The notes under the pieces are model-generated. The model saw only the letters and a program-made list of their open reading frames with translations. It searched no databases and was not told the origin of the DNA. A program made the position numbers and the translations under genes. Positions 45,473 through 61,320 of a DNA stretch of 64,000 nucleotides are shown here, piece after piece. The DNA comes from the human T2T-CHM13v2.0 reference genome, Homo sapiens, in NCBI RefSeq assembly GCF_009914755.1, contig NC_060930.1; one strand, written 5' to 3'. The stretch's first letter is position 1; every line of letters begins with the position of its first letter.

Positions 45473-45741
45473 TTTTTGTCTTTTTTAATTTTTTTTTTCT
45501 GGGATACGGTCTTCCTTTGCTGTCCAGGTTGGAGTGCGGTGGCACAAACCTCCTAGGCTCAAGCAATCCTCCCACCACCATTTCCCAAGTAGCTAAGACC
45601 ACAGGCACACACCATTATGCCCAGCAAATGTTTCAAATAGTTTATAGAGACAAAGTCTCACCATGTTGCCCAGGCTCAAGCGATCCTCTCACCTCAGCCT
45701 CGCAAAGTGCTGGGATTATAGGTGTGAGCCACCACCCCCAA
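45473..45741 (-). mobile_element. degraded AluJ with internal deletions
   Basis: recognisable antisense arms. Confidence 0.85.
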
Positions 45742-45839
45742 CTAGTTTGTTTAGGGTTGTAATTTTTTATACTTTCCTGTTCTTTGTTGAGTCATTTCAT
45801 TGTCAGATTGCATGTTTGATTGCATTGTTAGATTGCATG

Positions 45840-45976
45840 TTAGGATGCCCACCCTGATGGCCTCATTTGATTTTAATTACCTCCGTAAAGATCCTATCTT
45901 CAAATAAGGTCATATTCTGAGGTATTCAGTATATGAATCTGAGGGGTGTGGGGGGGCACAATTCAACCCTCAACAG
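45840..45976 (-). mobile_element. MLT1 LTR fragment
   Basis: CCCACCCTGATGGCCTCATTT...AATAAGGTCATATTCTGAGGTA...CACAATTCAACCCTCAACA. Confidence 0.8.
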
Positions 45977-46354
45977 TAGTATTATACATGATTATTTTAA
46001 AGATTGTTCCTGTATCCTCAAATCATAGCTGATAAATGAAAATAAATTCTGGAAAGAAAACCTTAATTGTGACGATGGTCTTTGGAACAGGACTTTACTG
46101 GTATTTGGCAGGTGAGTGTGTACCTCCCACAAGTGTGAAAATGATCATCTCCCAGTTAGCTGTCTCCCAGTATACAATTATTTTCTGCCGTACACCGTAG
46201 ACCGATATACACTGATGTTATAGATTTGGCTTCTGTGCTCCTAAGAGCCAAACTCTATAGCAAAAGCTGTATTCAACGGGGCAGAATTTCTCTTTTGGTT
46301 GCTGGGACAGCAAGAGGATGGACAGACTAAGACCTTCCTGGTATAGACAAGGAA

Positions 46355-46465
46355 ACAGGCCAGAAACAGGGAAGAGGGTGGCAAAGGTCACAGGGCTAGT
46401 TAGTGGCAGCCCTGGAACTAGATCTTGGGTCTCCCAACTCATAAGCCGGTGCTCTTTTACCAAAC
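46355..46465 (-). mobile_element. MIR fragment
   Basis: AAGGTCACAGGGCTAGTTAGTGGCAG...GTGCTCTTT. Confidence 0.65.
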
Positions 46466-47096
46466 CACACTATCCTCCACCCCGGGTATCCCTCACCTTA
46501 CCTGCCAGCTATCAAAACCACCCACTGCTCGCTGGCAATATATGCTTTTCCTTACTGACTTTAATATTTTAAAATTTTTTTTGTATTGAACTGATCCTAA
46601 TTGCTAAATAAGTGCATTACTGATACCGATGAGCAGAATTAAAATTGGGGAGTTATGCCTTTGGTGATTGTTTCCCTAAAAACCTGTCAACCCCCCAACC
46701 AAAAAAAGCTAGGCATCTAATTTACATAAGGTAGTGGGTTTCTTGACCCTTCAGATCCAATTTTTTGGCTAAAACTTGCTTTATCAGCCAGAATTGTAGA
46801 TATATACTCCAAAGTGGAAAAAAAAATTTGTCTGAGATGTCAAACTAGTGGCAGTTAGTGATTACTTTTGAAAACAAAAAAACAAAAAGGCTCTTACCTT
46901 CTGTTTTACCAGTTCTTGGTTAATACACCATCACTGATATTAGAGGTTTGGATTTTAGATATCTTCAACCTAATTCAGCCACTTTACAAATAAGGAAATG
47001 GTAGCCTGGGCAATGGCATGTCCAAGGCCACTCAGTTAAAGAGAAATCTAGGGGCAGGTCTTTGTCTCTGGGTCTCTGGACATCTCATCCACAACT

Positions 47097-47413
<317 letters not shown>

Positions 47414-47959
47414 TAATACCACTGCTACTGCTGCCTAATGGTTATGTTAGCACATTCCTAAGCTACAGGAAGTTTATTTTTCCCCATGAAGATAGGAGAA
47501 ATACTAACCCTAATGTTCCTTAGTGACTTGATGCTTTACCATGTAGCTCTGTTATGTCACACTCACAATATTAATTTTAAAGAATAGACTGTTTTCCAAA
47601 TATATGTATTTAATGTGACTATCTTCTGACTATTCACTGATGTTACCAACACCTAAACTTACTTGTGTAGGGAAGTGCCATGCACATTAACTTTTAATAT
47701 TTTTTAAGACTGTATAAAACTTTTGTTTTATTTTATTAAAAGGGAAATGTTTCTATGTTTCCTTTAGATGTCTTCAAAATTCATGTTTTTGTAACTTCTT
47801 TTCAGGGTTATTAAATCAGGTTAAACTAGATTAAGCCCCAGCGAAGGTGTTTCAGAGTTTGAAGCCTGGCATATCAGCCAACTCTACAAAGTGGTCTCAG
47901 AACAGAGGACATTCTGAGATGTACAGTCCATTGATGAACACTAATCCTAGAACATTAAA

Positions 47960-49130
47960 CTTACCGTGTTAAATGGATTTCTGGAAGTTTCTCTGTGGAA
48001 GTCTTGGAATAGTCCTCCCTTCCTTTTCTTGAGCCAAGAAAACTCTGAACCAGAACAATTCGATTTCAATTTGTGGAAAAACTATATTCAATGAGCCAAA
48101 CACCGTGCTGAGAGTTTTGTAGGGGGCGGGAGAAAGGGGCATTTGGATCACTGTTGTATGTTAGTTACTAAAATATCTGGATTTCTATTTAAATGTTCTG
48201 AGATACATTTTCAAGCTTTGTTTCTGAGGGGTATTTGCAAGCTTCATTTTAAAGTCCGAGAACCCGAAGAATGAAACTCGCTTTTGTGTCATAGTTATTG
48301 TGTTATATGTTAAGCATTTGGAAGGGACCCCAGTGAGGCCTCAGGAAGCAGTTACTGCCTCTCTTATCGTCCTGAAGGCGATTTGTTTTAAAGTTGATAA
48401 TCCCTAGGGCTGTGAGAGTGTCCCACATCTGCCCTGAATTGAAAACAGATTCCCATTTAGAGCCTTACATCAGTGCTGCAGATTCATGCGATCTGAGTCA
48501 GAGAGGAAGTCAGAGACCATTTGAACGTATGGCCAGCAGCTCACTTCATGGAGGAACAAGATTGCAGGGTATGTAGGCTGTCTGTTTTCAAATTTTAAGA
48601 CTGTTTTTGGTGCCTTCTGACATTTAGACTGATATATTCAGGAAAGGACTATTGTGGGAAACAGGTATAAAGTAACTGTCAGTATCTAGGGATTTTCAGT
48701 GCTACTGATGAATTCATCAAAATTCCGAGGGCGCTAGGCAGTGACTGCTTCGGAATTCCTTCACCGGGCTTTGCCATTTTTGTGACTTACCATTCATTAT
48801 ATAAGATATATTTATATAATTATGTAGATATTTATTTTCCCCCAAGACTCTAAAAAAGGTTTTGTAAGCCAAGAAAAGTTTTTCCTGTTAAAGACCAGAG
48901 CTTTTCCAGCCTCTACTTATCTATGAAAACTTTTTTAAAGATTTGCACACACGCTAAGAATGAAGGATGTAACGATGTATTTCATGTTGCAACCCCCAGG
49001 GGATCGGGACCATCCGATTAACCATTTAGTATCTAATATTTTACTGAAGGAGTTTTCTTCTCAGGTTGCTGAACAACTTTGTTTCCGTCTTCGTCTTCTC
49101 TGTGGAAATCGTATTCTACAGATTGTGAAG
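47960..49130. promoter_or_regulatory. candidate promoter/enhancer (CpG-retaining unique sequence)
   Basis: GC box GGGGGCGGGAG at about 48122-48132, TGAGTCA 48494-48500 next to AGGAAGT 48504-48510, roughly 20 CpGs in 1.2 kb of AT-rich DNA. Confidence 0.4.
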
Positions 49131-49168
49131 GTCTTTTCTTTTTTAATTAAAAAAGGGGTTTATATTTG

Positions 49169-49814
<646 letters not shown>

Positions 49815-50075
49815 TAGATTTGTTCATGAAAAATAATTAAAGAGTACAGAGGTCATGAGGTAGAGTCTGAGAGCCCAACCACTCAATGCATGGGTGCTGA
49901 CCCCTGCCTGGCCTGAGGGCCTCTCCTGCCCCTTCTCTGCTTCTGGCCTGGGCTTTGGCAAGTTGAGGCCTCTCAGGTGGGCTTCTGGAAGGCTGCTTTG
50001 CTCACTACTGTCTCTGAGGAGCTGAGAACAGTGCCTGGTACTGTCGGTGCCCAGTCAATACTTGTTGAATGAAAG

Positions 50076-50137
50076 TAGAATTAGAGAAGGGAACTCTAGA
50101 AGAAATTAGAATTAGAGAAGGGAACTCTAGAAGAAAT
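50076..50137. repeat. perfect 31-bp tandem duplication
   Basis: TAGAATTAGAGAAGGGAACTCTAGAAGAAAT x2. Confidence 0.97.
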
Positions 50138-51934
50138 GTCAGTTTGGGCATTTAACCTAGTGAGGCTTTGCTTGGGCAAATTTCTCCTTGCCATCTTGGT
50201 AGGATTGCAACCAGAAGGAGAGACTGGGTCATTGAGAGAAAAGTGCTAGACTGCCAGTCAAAGCAACTATGTATGAAACATAGAATTCCACGGTCATGGG
50301 ATGAACAAAGCAAAAAATGTCTGAAATATGAGTTGTGAGAGGTAACAGTCATGCCCTAGAGGGTGCTCAGGAGTCCAAGGGAGGCTGGTAAATGGGAGAA
50401 AGTGAACAGACATGGCTGGCAGGTTCTCCTTTCAACTTGGGGCAGATGGACTCATCAAAAATCTTCCAACAGAACAAAGCCTCCTCTTGTTACATGCGCT
50501 TTCCCTGGTTTCAGAAACAATACGTTCAGAGCAGCCTAGTTGGCAGGTAATGTTTTCAGTCCAAATGCCAAAACTCTGGTCCCTCTTGACTGGTTGCCCG
50601 CAGTTCTTTAAAGAGGGAAGGTTTTTTCAGGTGCCAAAATTTGACTGCAAACTCTGTCATGGGACTATGCCCTCTTAATCCCAGCAAGACAGAGGCTTTC
50701 TTTTAGAAAAGGAAGCAAGCACATTTGGGTTTTTGTGCTGAGGATGCAAAAAGATGTATTGATCAACTCAGACAGAAAGGGGAATTATCAGCCTTAGGAA
50801 TATCGTTCCTGTCCTAAAGAGACAAGTGAATGAGCCTTGAAATCTATAGAGACAGTTCCAGTTCAGACAAGCTTCCTTTGTGGGAGATGATTGTGTATAT
50901 GTCTTATTTTAACCAACCTAATTAATCTACCTGATTAATTTATCAACCTCAGAAGTTTGGGGAGAAAATAAAATCAGTGTGGCAGAGACTTCCACAGTGA
51001 TACCTGGATTATAAATTTACTGTTACCTCAAAGAAAATCCAGATCCAAAATCTCTCTGCCTCTTTTCCAGTAACAAACCCAGCACATCTTCATTTAGGGC
51101 AATATCCTCTTGCCCTGCCCCTCCTCTAATTTACAGCCCCATATTTGGACACCAGGGATTCAATGACCTACCACCAAGGCACCAATGGGTGGTGCCACCA
51201 TGCCAATTCACAGAACTCGTGGCTCTTCAGAAGTTTTGTAAGCCATTGTTTAGAATTCAGAACACATTATCACCCAGAAACAAGGTTAGGCTCCAGCTCT
51301 ACTCCTGAATGCAAATTTATCCTAAAATACAGAGAATCTGCTACAAGCATCTGGAAAGGGGAAGAAAGAACTTGCGTCATATTGTTTAATGGCATTGGAG
51401 AATATATTTTACAATGAATGGTAATAATGTTCTCAAGAGCATTTTTAATATCCTTGAGAATTCATTCTTGGCCCTGGACATCATTTGTTTCTTGGTCTGG
51501 ACCCTAACCACCTATTCTAGGTGCTTTGTCTCCTGCTGCTTCCTTGAATGGTACCCTAGGCTGAAGTCCAAGAAAATTATTTGTATGTACTTTTCCACTT
51601 GTGGTTTCTTTTGCCTAGACTGTCTTATTCCTCTTCTAATTCCTGGCAAACTCTCGATCAGCTCAAACATTCACACAGTTAATACTCTTCTGTGATGCCC
51701 CAGTCAAACTTCCACCTCTCTACTCCCTTGGCCACAAACCCCTCTAAGAAAATTTTGCAGACAGCTTCAAGTGGTTCCTCCATTGACCTTCCAAAATTCC
51801 AAGGACCCCAGTTCAAAACTCTGCCTAGGAAATATTAGAAATTCCCCTCCCTAGCTCGCTTGCATTTCCATAAGATCTTAAAAGTACCGCTATGTATTTA
51901 CATTAATCACATTATATTGCAATTATTTTGGGGC

Positions 51935-52212
51935 GTGTGGTCTCACTCTGTCACCCAAGCTGGAATGCAGTGGCATGATCATGGCCCATGGCAGCCTTGA
52001 ACTCCTAGGCTAAAGCAATCCTCCTGCCATAGCCTCCCACGTAGCAGGGACTATAGGCATGCATGATCACACCCAGCTGATTTTTTATTATTTGTAGAGA
52101 CAGGGTTTCACCATGTTGCCCAGGCTTATCTTAAACTCCTGGTCTTAAGCAATCCTCCTGCCTCAGCCTCCCAAAGTGTTGGGATTTCAGGCATGAGCCA
52201 CTGTGCCTAGCC
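51935..52212 (-). mobile_element. AluJ
   Basis: antisense dimer, tail largely lost. Confidence 0.9.
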
Positions 52213-52234
52213 TACTTCTACTTTTTTGTGTGGG

Positions 52235-52480
52235 AGGAATTATGAGTAGTGGGAAGAGACTGGAGCTTAGAGTTAGAGAGTATAGGCACCAACACTGGCT
52301 CTCTGATTTCCAGTTGTGTGGTCTTGGATAAGTTAATTCTCTCTCCATTTTTGCTTTTCTTCATTTGTAAGATGAGAGTAATACCTGCCTGTAAGGAGTT
52401 GTTGTAAGGATTAAATAATAATCCGTGTAAAAGCCCTAGCCTAGTGCTTAAGCCATACAAAGTGAAAGATAAATGTTAAT
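52235..52480 (+). mobile_element. MIR SINE
   Basis: GTGTGGTCTTGGATAAGTTAATTCTCTCT...GTTGTTGTAAGGATTAAAT. Confidence 0.82.
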
Positions 52481-52994
52481 AAAATATGATTCTAAATTTG
52501 AAATGGTGGACATAGAACTCTGAAGCCAGAAGGAACTTGCGTCTCTTCTGTCCAGCCTTGGACTCTCTCCTTTTGTGACTCACCCCCTTCAGTTTGAGGC
52601 AGCATGTCAGTAGGCTAGCATTACCTTTTTACAGCCACTTCTCAGATCACTTCGGTGACTAAAATAAAATAAAACCTAGAAGAGTAAGAGAAAAGAGGAA
52701 CAGCGCCCAGTCGATTTGTAAGTGTGCGAAAGAAAAAGTAAGCTAGGATGGAGGAAGAGGGAACAAAGTATATGCAAAGGGAAAAGGGAGCGGATGATGA
52801 GAAAGCTGAGGGCAGGTAGTAGCAAAGGGAGACAGAGAGAAGAGAAACTGCACCACTGGGAAATTGCACTTCCAGGATCATAGAAGAAGCAATTGTTCAT
52901 TTAAATATATACACCTGTGAGTGCACCCCTGTGCATTTTTTTACCCAAGAAGTGCCTTGTGTAGTTCCAAGTACTTCACATAAATAATCATGGT

Positions 52995-53120
52995 AGCCTG
53001 ACACAGTGGCTTGCACCTGAAATCCAAGCTACTTGGGAGGCTGAGGCAGGAGAGTCACTTGAAGCCAGGAGTTAGAGACAAGCCTGGGCAATGTAGCAAG
53101 ACCCCCATCTCTAAAAAATA
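52995..53120 (+). mobile_element. FLAM monomer
   Basis: ~125 bp monomer with A/TAA tail. Confidence 0.8.
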
Positions 53121-53134
53121 ATAATAATGATGAT

Positions 53135-53365
53135 AATTATGCGTTACTAAAACTTACATACCATTTACTATGTGCCGGGCACTGTTCTAAGCTCTTCAGA
53201 CATATTAACTCATTTAATCCTCACAACAACACGGTGTGGTAGACACATAAAAATCCCTATTTTACTGATAAAGAAAGGGGACACACGAATAGTCCCATAA
53301 CTAGGATATATGGGAGCCAGTATTTGAACCCAGAGAGTCTGCCCCTGGAGTCTTGCACTCTTAAT
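53135..53365 (-). mobile_element. MIR SINE
   Basis: TACTATGTGCCGGGCACTGTTCTAAG...TCATTTAATCCTCACAACAAC...TTTGAACCCAG. Confidence 0.85.
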
Positions 53366-53806
53366 GGAAATGACAACCATCACGCAGAAATGCACCTGCA
53401 GCTGAGGTGGCTCCTGGCGTGGTCAGGTGGCCAATGTGGCCACTACAGTCAACAGCACAGTAAAGTCCAGCCTGTTGGACATTCCCACTGATATACTTTC
53501 CAAAATACCACGTTAACAATACCATGCTAACACCTGAGAAGTTAGAATGGTAGAATTGCATGGCATGGAGAGACATTGGGTTCACCGTGCTCCGACCAGC
53601 CAGCTGCTTCTATTGAGAGTGCCAGGAAAAGCTGGACCCAGGGTCACTGGTCAAACTCTCTGGGGAGAGACACAGGGCAGAAGTGAGTTGATCTCAGCCT
53701 CCCATATAACACTGCAGCGTCAGAAGGACATTATCCTTATTCCAGGTAATGTCCAGGAAATTCTACAAAAATTCTTTCCGAAAGTTTGCAGACATTATTA
53801 TGTTGA

Positions 53807-54206
<400 letters not shown>

Positions 54207-54528
54207 TTGTTTTGTTTTTGTTTTTGTTTGTTTTTCTGTTTTGTTTTTTTGAGACGGAGTCTCGCTCTCTCACCCAGGCTGGAGTGCAGTGCATGATCTC
54301 GGCTCACTGCAACCTCTGCCTCCCGGGTTCAAGCGATTCTCCTGCCTCAGCCTGTCGAGTAGCATTATAGGCATCCGCCACCATGCCCGGCTAATTTTTT
54401 GTATTTTTAATAGAGATGGGGTTTCACCATGTTGACCAGGCTGGTCTCAAACTCCTGACCTCAGGTGAACCACCAGCCTTGGCCTACCAAAGTGCTGGGA
54501 TTACAGCCGTGAGCCACCGCACCCGGCC
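54207..54528 (-). mobile_element. Alu SINE (AluS), tandem with the previous Alu
   Basis: antisense dimer with (TTTTG)n tail. Confidence 0.94.
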
Positions 54529-54863
54529 GGGAGAGGCTTATTAAATGTCTGCCCACATCTTGGTCTCCATTTTTTTTTCTCATTACAGCCTGGCTGGGGA
54601 ACATCTTACCTAAAAACTCATTCATGCAAAATTCTATCTCCTTTGGAGCATTTTTAGGTCTTTTCACATGTCCTGGAAAGAAATACTGAATTAAATTAAA
54701 TTTTAATTTTAATTTAATTTACTTTTAAATTTAATTTAAATCTTGAATAAAAGGCCTTACATAAACTGACTAAAAAGAGCTTAACTATGCAAAAGTAGGT
54801 TAAATAGAACAAGGCACTTTCAAGTATACAAAACAATCCCATCATTAGAAAAAAGAAAATTCT

Positions 54864-54970
54864 GGGCTCACTTCAGCAGCACATATACTAAAATTGGAAT
54901 GATACAGAGAACACTAGCATGACCCCTGTGCAAGGATGATGTGCAAATTTGTGAAATGTTTCATGTATTT
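54864..54970 (+). pseudogene. U6 snRNA retropseudogene (RNU6-like), full length
   Basis: GGGCTCACTTCAGCAGCACATATACTAAAATTGGAATGATACAGAGAACACTAGCATG...; about 85% identical to U6, all seven CpGs decayed, short A tail, no PSE/TATA recognised. Confidence 0.95.
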
Positions 54971-55151
54971 CTTAAATAGTTAAAAAAAATCTGCAAGTGC
55001 AATAAATACGTAATATAAACACTAAATTAAGTTAGATATGCCCTTGGAGGAACTAATTATTTTCATCACTAAACTGCTCCCAAATGCCAAGAAAATATAG
55101 AACACTAAAATGAAACCTAGACTCTCAGACTCTCAAAGGTCTAGAGGTTGA

Positions 55152-55489
<338 letters not shown>

Positions 55490-55904
55490 TGAATCTTTAA
55501 GAAACTGTATTTAGGCCACCTGGCTACTTGGCAGGGCTATTGTGAGGATAACATGAGATTTAATGAATGTAAATCTCCCAGGCTAATGCCTAGCACATAG
55601 TGGACACTGACTCAATAATACTTTGTTGAATAAATGTTCAATCACTTGGCCAAGCCAACTCAGCTATCCCGTTAGGTTCTGGTTGCCATGGGGTAGCATG
55701 GGTTATCATCATGGATAATTCTAAGATTACACAAAAACACTTCCTAGAAAGAGCAATTCGCTGGGAAACAAAAATCCCAGAATGCTGAGATTTGCTTTCT
55801 AACCTTTTGCAAAAGGGTAAATTAGAGTTATGACTGAGTTGCTCTGAGAATTCAATGAAATTATGTTCATCTATCCATCCATCATCCTTTTAAAAAATAT
55901 TGAT

Positions 55905-56280
<376 letters not shown>

Positions 56281-56569
56281 AAAAGAAAAAAAAGATTGTG
56301 TATTTTCAACACAGCAAGGATTGTTCTTGTGCTTGGTTGATGGTGGTGAACAGAACAGCCAAGGTCTCAGCCCCATGGAACTTACACCCTCCCATGAAGC
56401 ACTTCACATGCAAGTCCTGCCATCACCTAGCACTAGAACCTGCCTCTGGGTGGTTGCCCTGGAAAGAGCAGTTACCTTCGAAGTCAGACTGATGCTCACT
56501 GCAGGCCAACCTCCACCACTTGGCAGCTATTCACCTGTCAGAGTTCAGTGTCCTGGGAAAAGCTTCTGA

Positions 56570-56700
56570 GCCGCAGTCCTGGTCCACAAATGGATATAAT
56601 AACACTCACCTTGCAGGGATTCTGTGAAGGTGAAATGAGACATACTGAGTAGAAAGTACAATATGTGGCACATACTAGGTGTTCAATCCATGGTAGCCCT
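56570..56700 (+). mobile_element. MIR fragment
   Basis: ATAATAACACTCACCTTGCAGGGATTCTGTGAAG...GGCACATACTAGGTGTTCAAT. Confidence 0.65.
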
Positions 56701-56748
56701 TCATTACCTTGATGAACAAATAGATCAAAAGAGGATCTAAGGACCCTC

Positions 56749-57077
<329 letters not shown>

Positions 57078-57117
57078 TCATTGTGAAATTTCAGAAGAGT
57101 AGGGTTAAATGGAAGAG

Positions 57118-57449
57118 TGTTGTTTTGTTTTGTTTTGTTTTGTTGTTTTGTTTTGAGACAGAGTCTTGCTCTGTCACCCAGGCTGGAATGCAGTGTCATG
57201 ATCTTGGCTCACTGAACCTCCACCTCCCGGGTTCAAGCAATTCTCCTGCCTCAGCCTCCCAAGTAGCTGGAATCACAGGCATGCACCACCATGCCTAGCT
57301 TTTTTTTTTTTTTTTTTTTTTTGCATTTTTAGTAGAGACAGGGTTTCACCGTGTTGGCCAGGCTGGTCTGGATCTCCTGACCTCAAGTGATCCTCCTGCC
57401 ATGTCCTCCCAAAGTGCTGGGATTACAGGCGTGAGCCACCGCGCCTGGC
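57118..57449 (-). mobile_element. Alu SINE (AluS) with long T linker
   Basis: antisense dimer, (TTTTG)n tail. Confidence 0.94.
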
Positions 57450-57454
57450 TGGCA

Positions 57455-57830
57455 TTGACTTTTCAACAGGAACACCAGCATCCAGGAAACAACAGCCTGG
57501 AGATTCTGAGGGCAAACGATTTCCGACCTAGAACCCTCAATTAAGGGTCAGATGGACTAGAAACATAGAAGGAGTCAAAGCATTTATATCACCTACACCC
57601 CTTATCTGCAAGCTCCTGGAGGATATGCTCCACTAAAACAAGGGAATGTGCAAAGCACAACCAAGTCAGACAGGGAGGGCTCCAGGAGGCATGTCTCAAG
57701 GAAGAAATGGGACCGACTCATGAGCCTGATGACTTCAGCCTCCTGTGAGGTGTGTCATGGTTCTGTCAGAGCTCGGAGCAGAATAATGGACAGGGACATA
57801 GAGAAGTGACCGAATTTTAAAAAGAAAATT
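57455..57830 (+). mobile_element. HAL1/L1 ORF1-related fragment
   Basis: ATTCTGAGGGCAAACGATTTCCGACCTAGAA...CTGGAGGATATGCTCCACTAAAACAAGGGA. Confidence 0.6.
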
Positions 57831-57833
57831 CCA

Positions 57834-58140
57834 GGCCGGGCGCGGTGGCTCACGCCTGTAATCCCAGCACTTTGGGAGGCTGAGGTGGGCGGATCATGAG
57901 GTCAGGAGATCGAGACCATCCTGGCTAACACGGTGAAACACCGTCTCTACTAAAAATACAAAAAAATTAGTCGGGCGTGGTGGCACGTGCCTATGGTCCC
58001 AGCTACTCAGGAGGCAGAGGCAGGAGAATTGCTTGAACCGGGAGGTGGAGGTTGCAGTGAGCCAAGATTGCACCACTGCACTCCAGCCTGGGTGACAGAG
58101 CGAGACTCCGTCTCAAAAAAAAAAAGGAAAAAGAAAAGAA
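57834..58140 (+). mobile_element. Alu SINE (AluY/Sc8-like)
   Basis: GAGATCGAGACCATCCTGGCTAACACGG; TSD aaagaaaattcca/aaagaaaactcca. Confidence 0.95.
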
Positions 58141-58261
58141 AGAAAACTCCAAGAAAGAAAAAATAATGAGAAAAGAAATGTGACTATAGTACACAATCAT
58201 GTCAGCACTGGTATAAATGAAACCATAAATTAGAACATAACTGTCATGGCCATGGAGGTAG

Positions 58262-58941
<680 letters not shown>

Positions 58942-59334
58942 ACCACTATATTAGGAGGAGAGAAGAAGGAGAATTGGGGGCTAGAGGCAGAATACAGTGT
59001 TAGGTTCTTTTATTTCAGATGCGGTATCCTTTCACCAATCCACAGTCCAACCCTAGTCCCCCTCCCCAAACTCATTTCTCCGTGTCATCAGAACTGAGCT
59101 GCAGCCACTGGTTCTAAGCATAGCTCATTTGTCTGCCAGAGAAGACACACCTAAAGATGTATCCAGAGAACGCCTGGAGTCAGGAATACATCCATGTATC
59201 CCAAGGAGGAGACCTGAAGTGATCCCAAGCCAACTGCTTCCCAATTTCATCTGGGGACTCCCTGCCAGAAAGCTTAGAATGTGCTTGCAGTGAAGTAATA
59301 TTAGAAGATTTACTTCTTCCTTCTTGGGAGACAT

Positions 59335-59660
59335 CGGCAGCTGGTCAAACTAGTGACATACTGTCCTCCCGTCTAGCTGAGTGCGCCAAATGAAGAGGAC
59401 AGGGACAAAGAGCAGAAAGAAATGACTGCAAGTCAGCTCCTTCCTCCTCCTCTCCCCCACCTCCCCCACAGCTGCGACCACTGTTCTGCAGCCGCTTGGG
59501 TCTTGAGACAGCTGCCCCAGAGGCCCCCAGACTCCTGCTACATACCTTCCTTCCAGAGCAGTCAGGCTGGGTGGAATGTAGGCAGGGAGGTAGGGGGTGT
59601 GTGCATGAGTGTGCCTGTGTGTGTGTACGTGACAGAAACCACACAGCATCACAGCACATG
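59335..59660. promoter_or_regulatory. candidate enhancer (E-box/TEAD/RUNX cluster)
   Basis: CAGCTG at 59338, 59469, 59509; TGGAATGT 59572; TACGTG 59626; AACCACA 59637. Confidence 0.35.
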
Positions 59661-59685
59661 GTCATAGAAAGAACAAGAGTATTCC

Positions 59686-60004
<319 letters not shown>

Positions 60005-60352
60005 CTACCTGGCTCTGATACTAAGCCAGTGAAGAGCTTTCCTCATCTACATCTGGTCTTACAATAGATGGAGCAATACAGGAACACACTGAATTGTTTA
60101 GGGGGAAATATCATATCTATGTAATTTTTTTTTTTAATGAATAACCAGGAAGAACCAGAAATTCCAAAATGCCTTCCCTTCACCCTGAGTGTTAGCTATA
60201 GTCCATTAGCAGGAATAGCACATTATCCACTTCAGGCCAAGGATATAATCATTCCAATGACCACTATAGGAACCTACCCGAAGATTTTTGATGACAAGAA
60301 CTAATAGGCAGGCTAAATTTTACAATTTTTTTATTATATGAAAATAATACAT

Positions 60353-61320
<968 letters not shown>

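Noticed and set aside
49020-49140. Possible coding exon (minus-strand peptide KRPSQSVEYDFHREDEDGNK...)
   Set aside because: Ends in a stop after about 34 codons, lacks convincing splice sites and has no recognised homology
54688-54745. AT-only quasi-palindrome
   Set aside because: Low-complexity A/T sequence; self-complementarity is expected by chance
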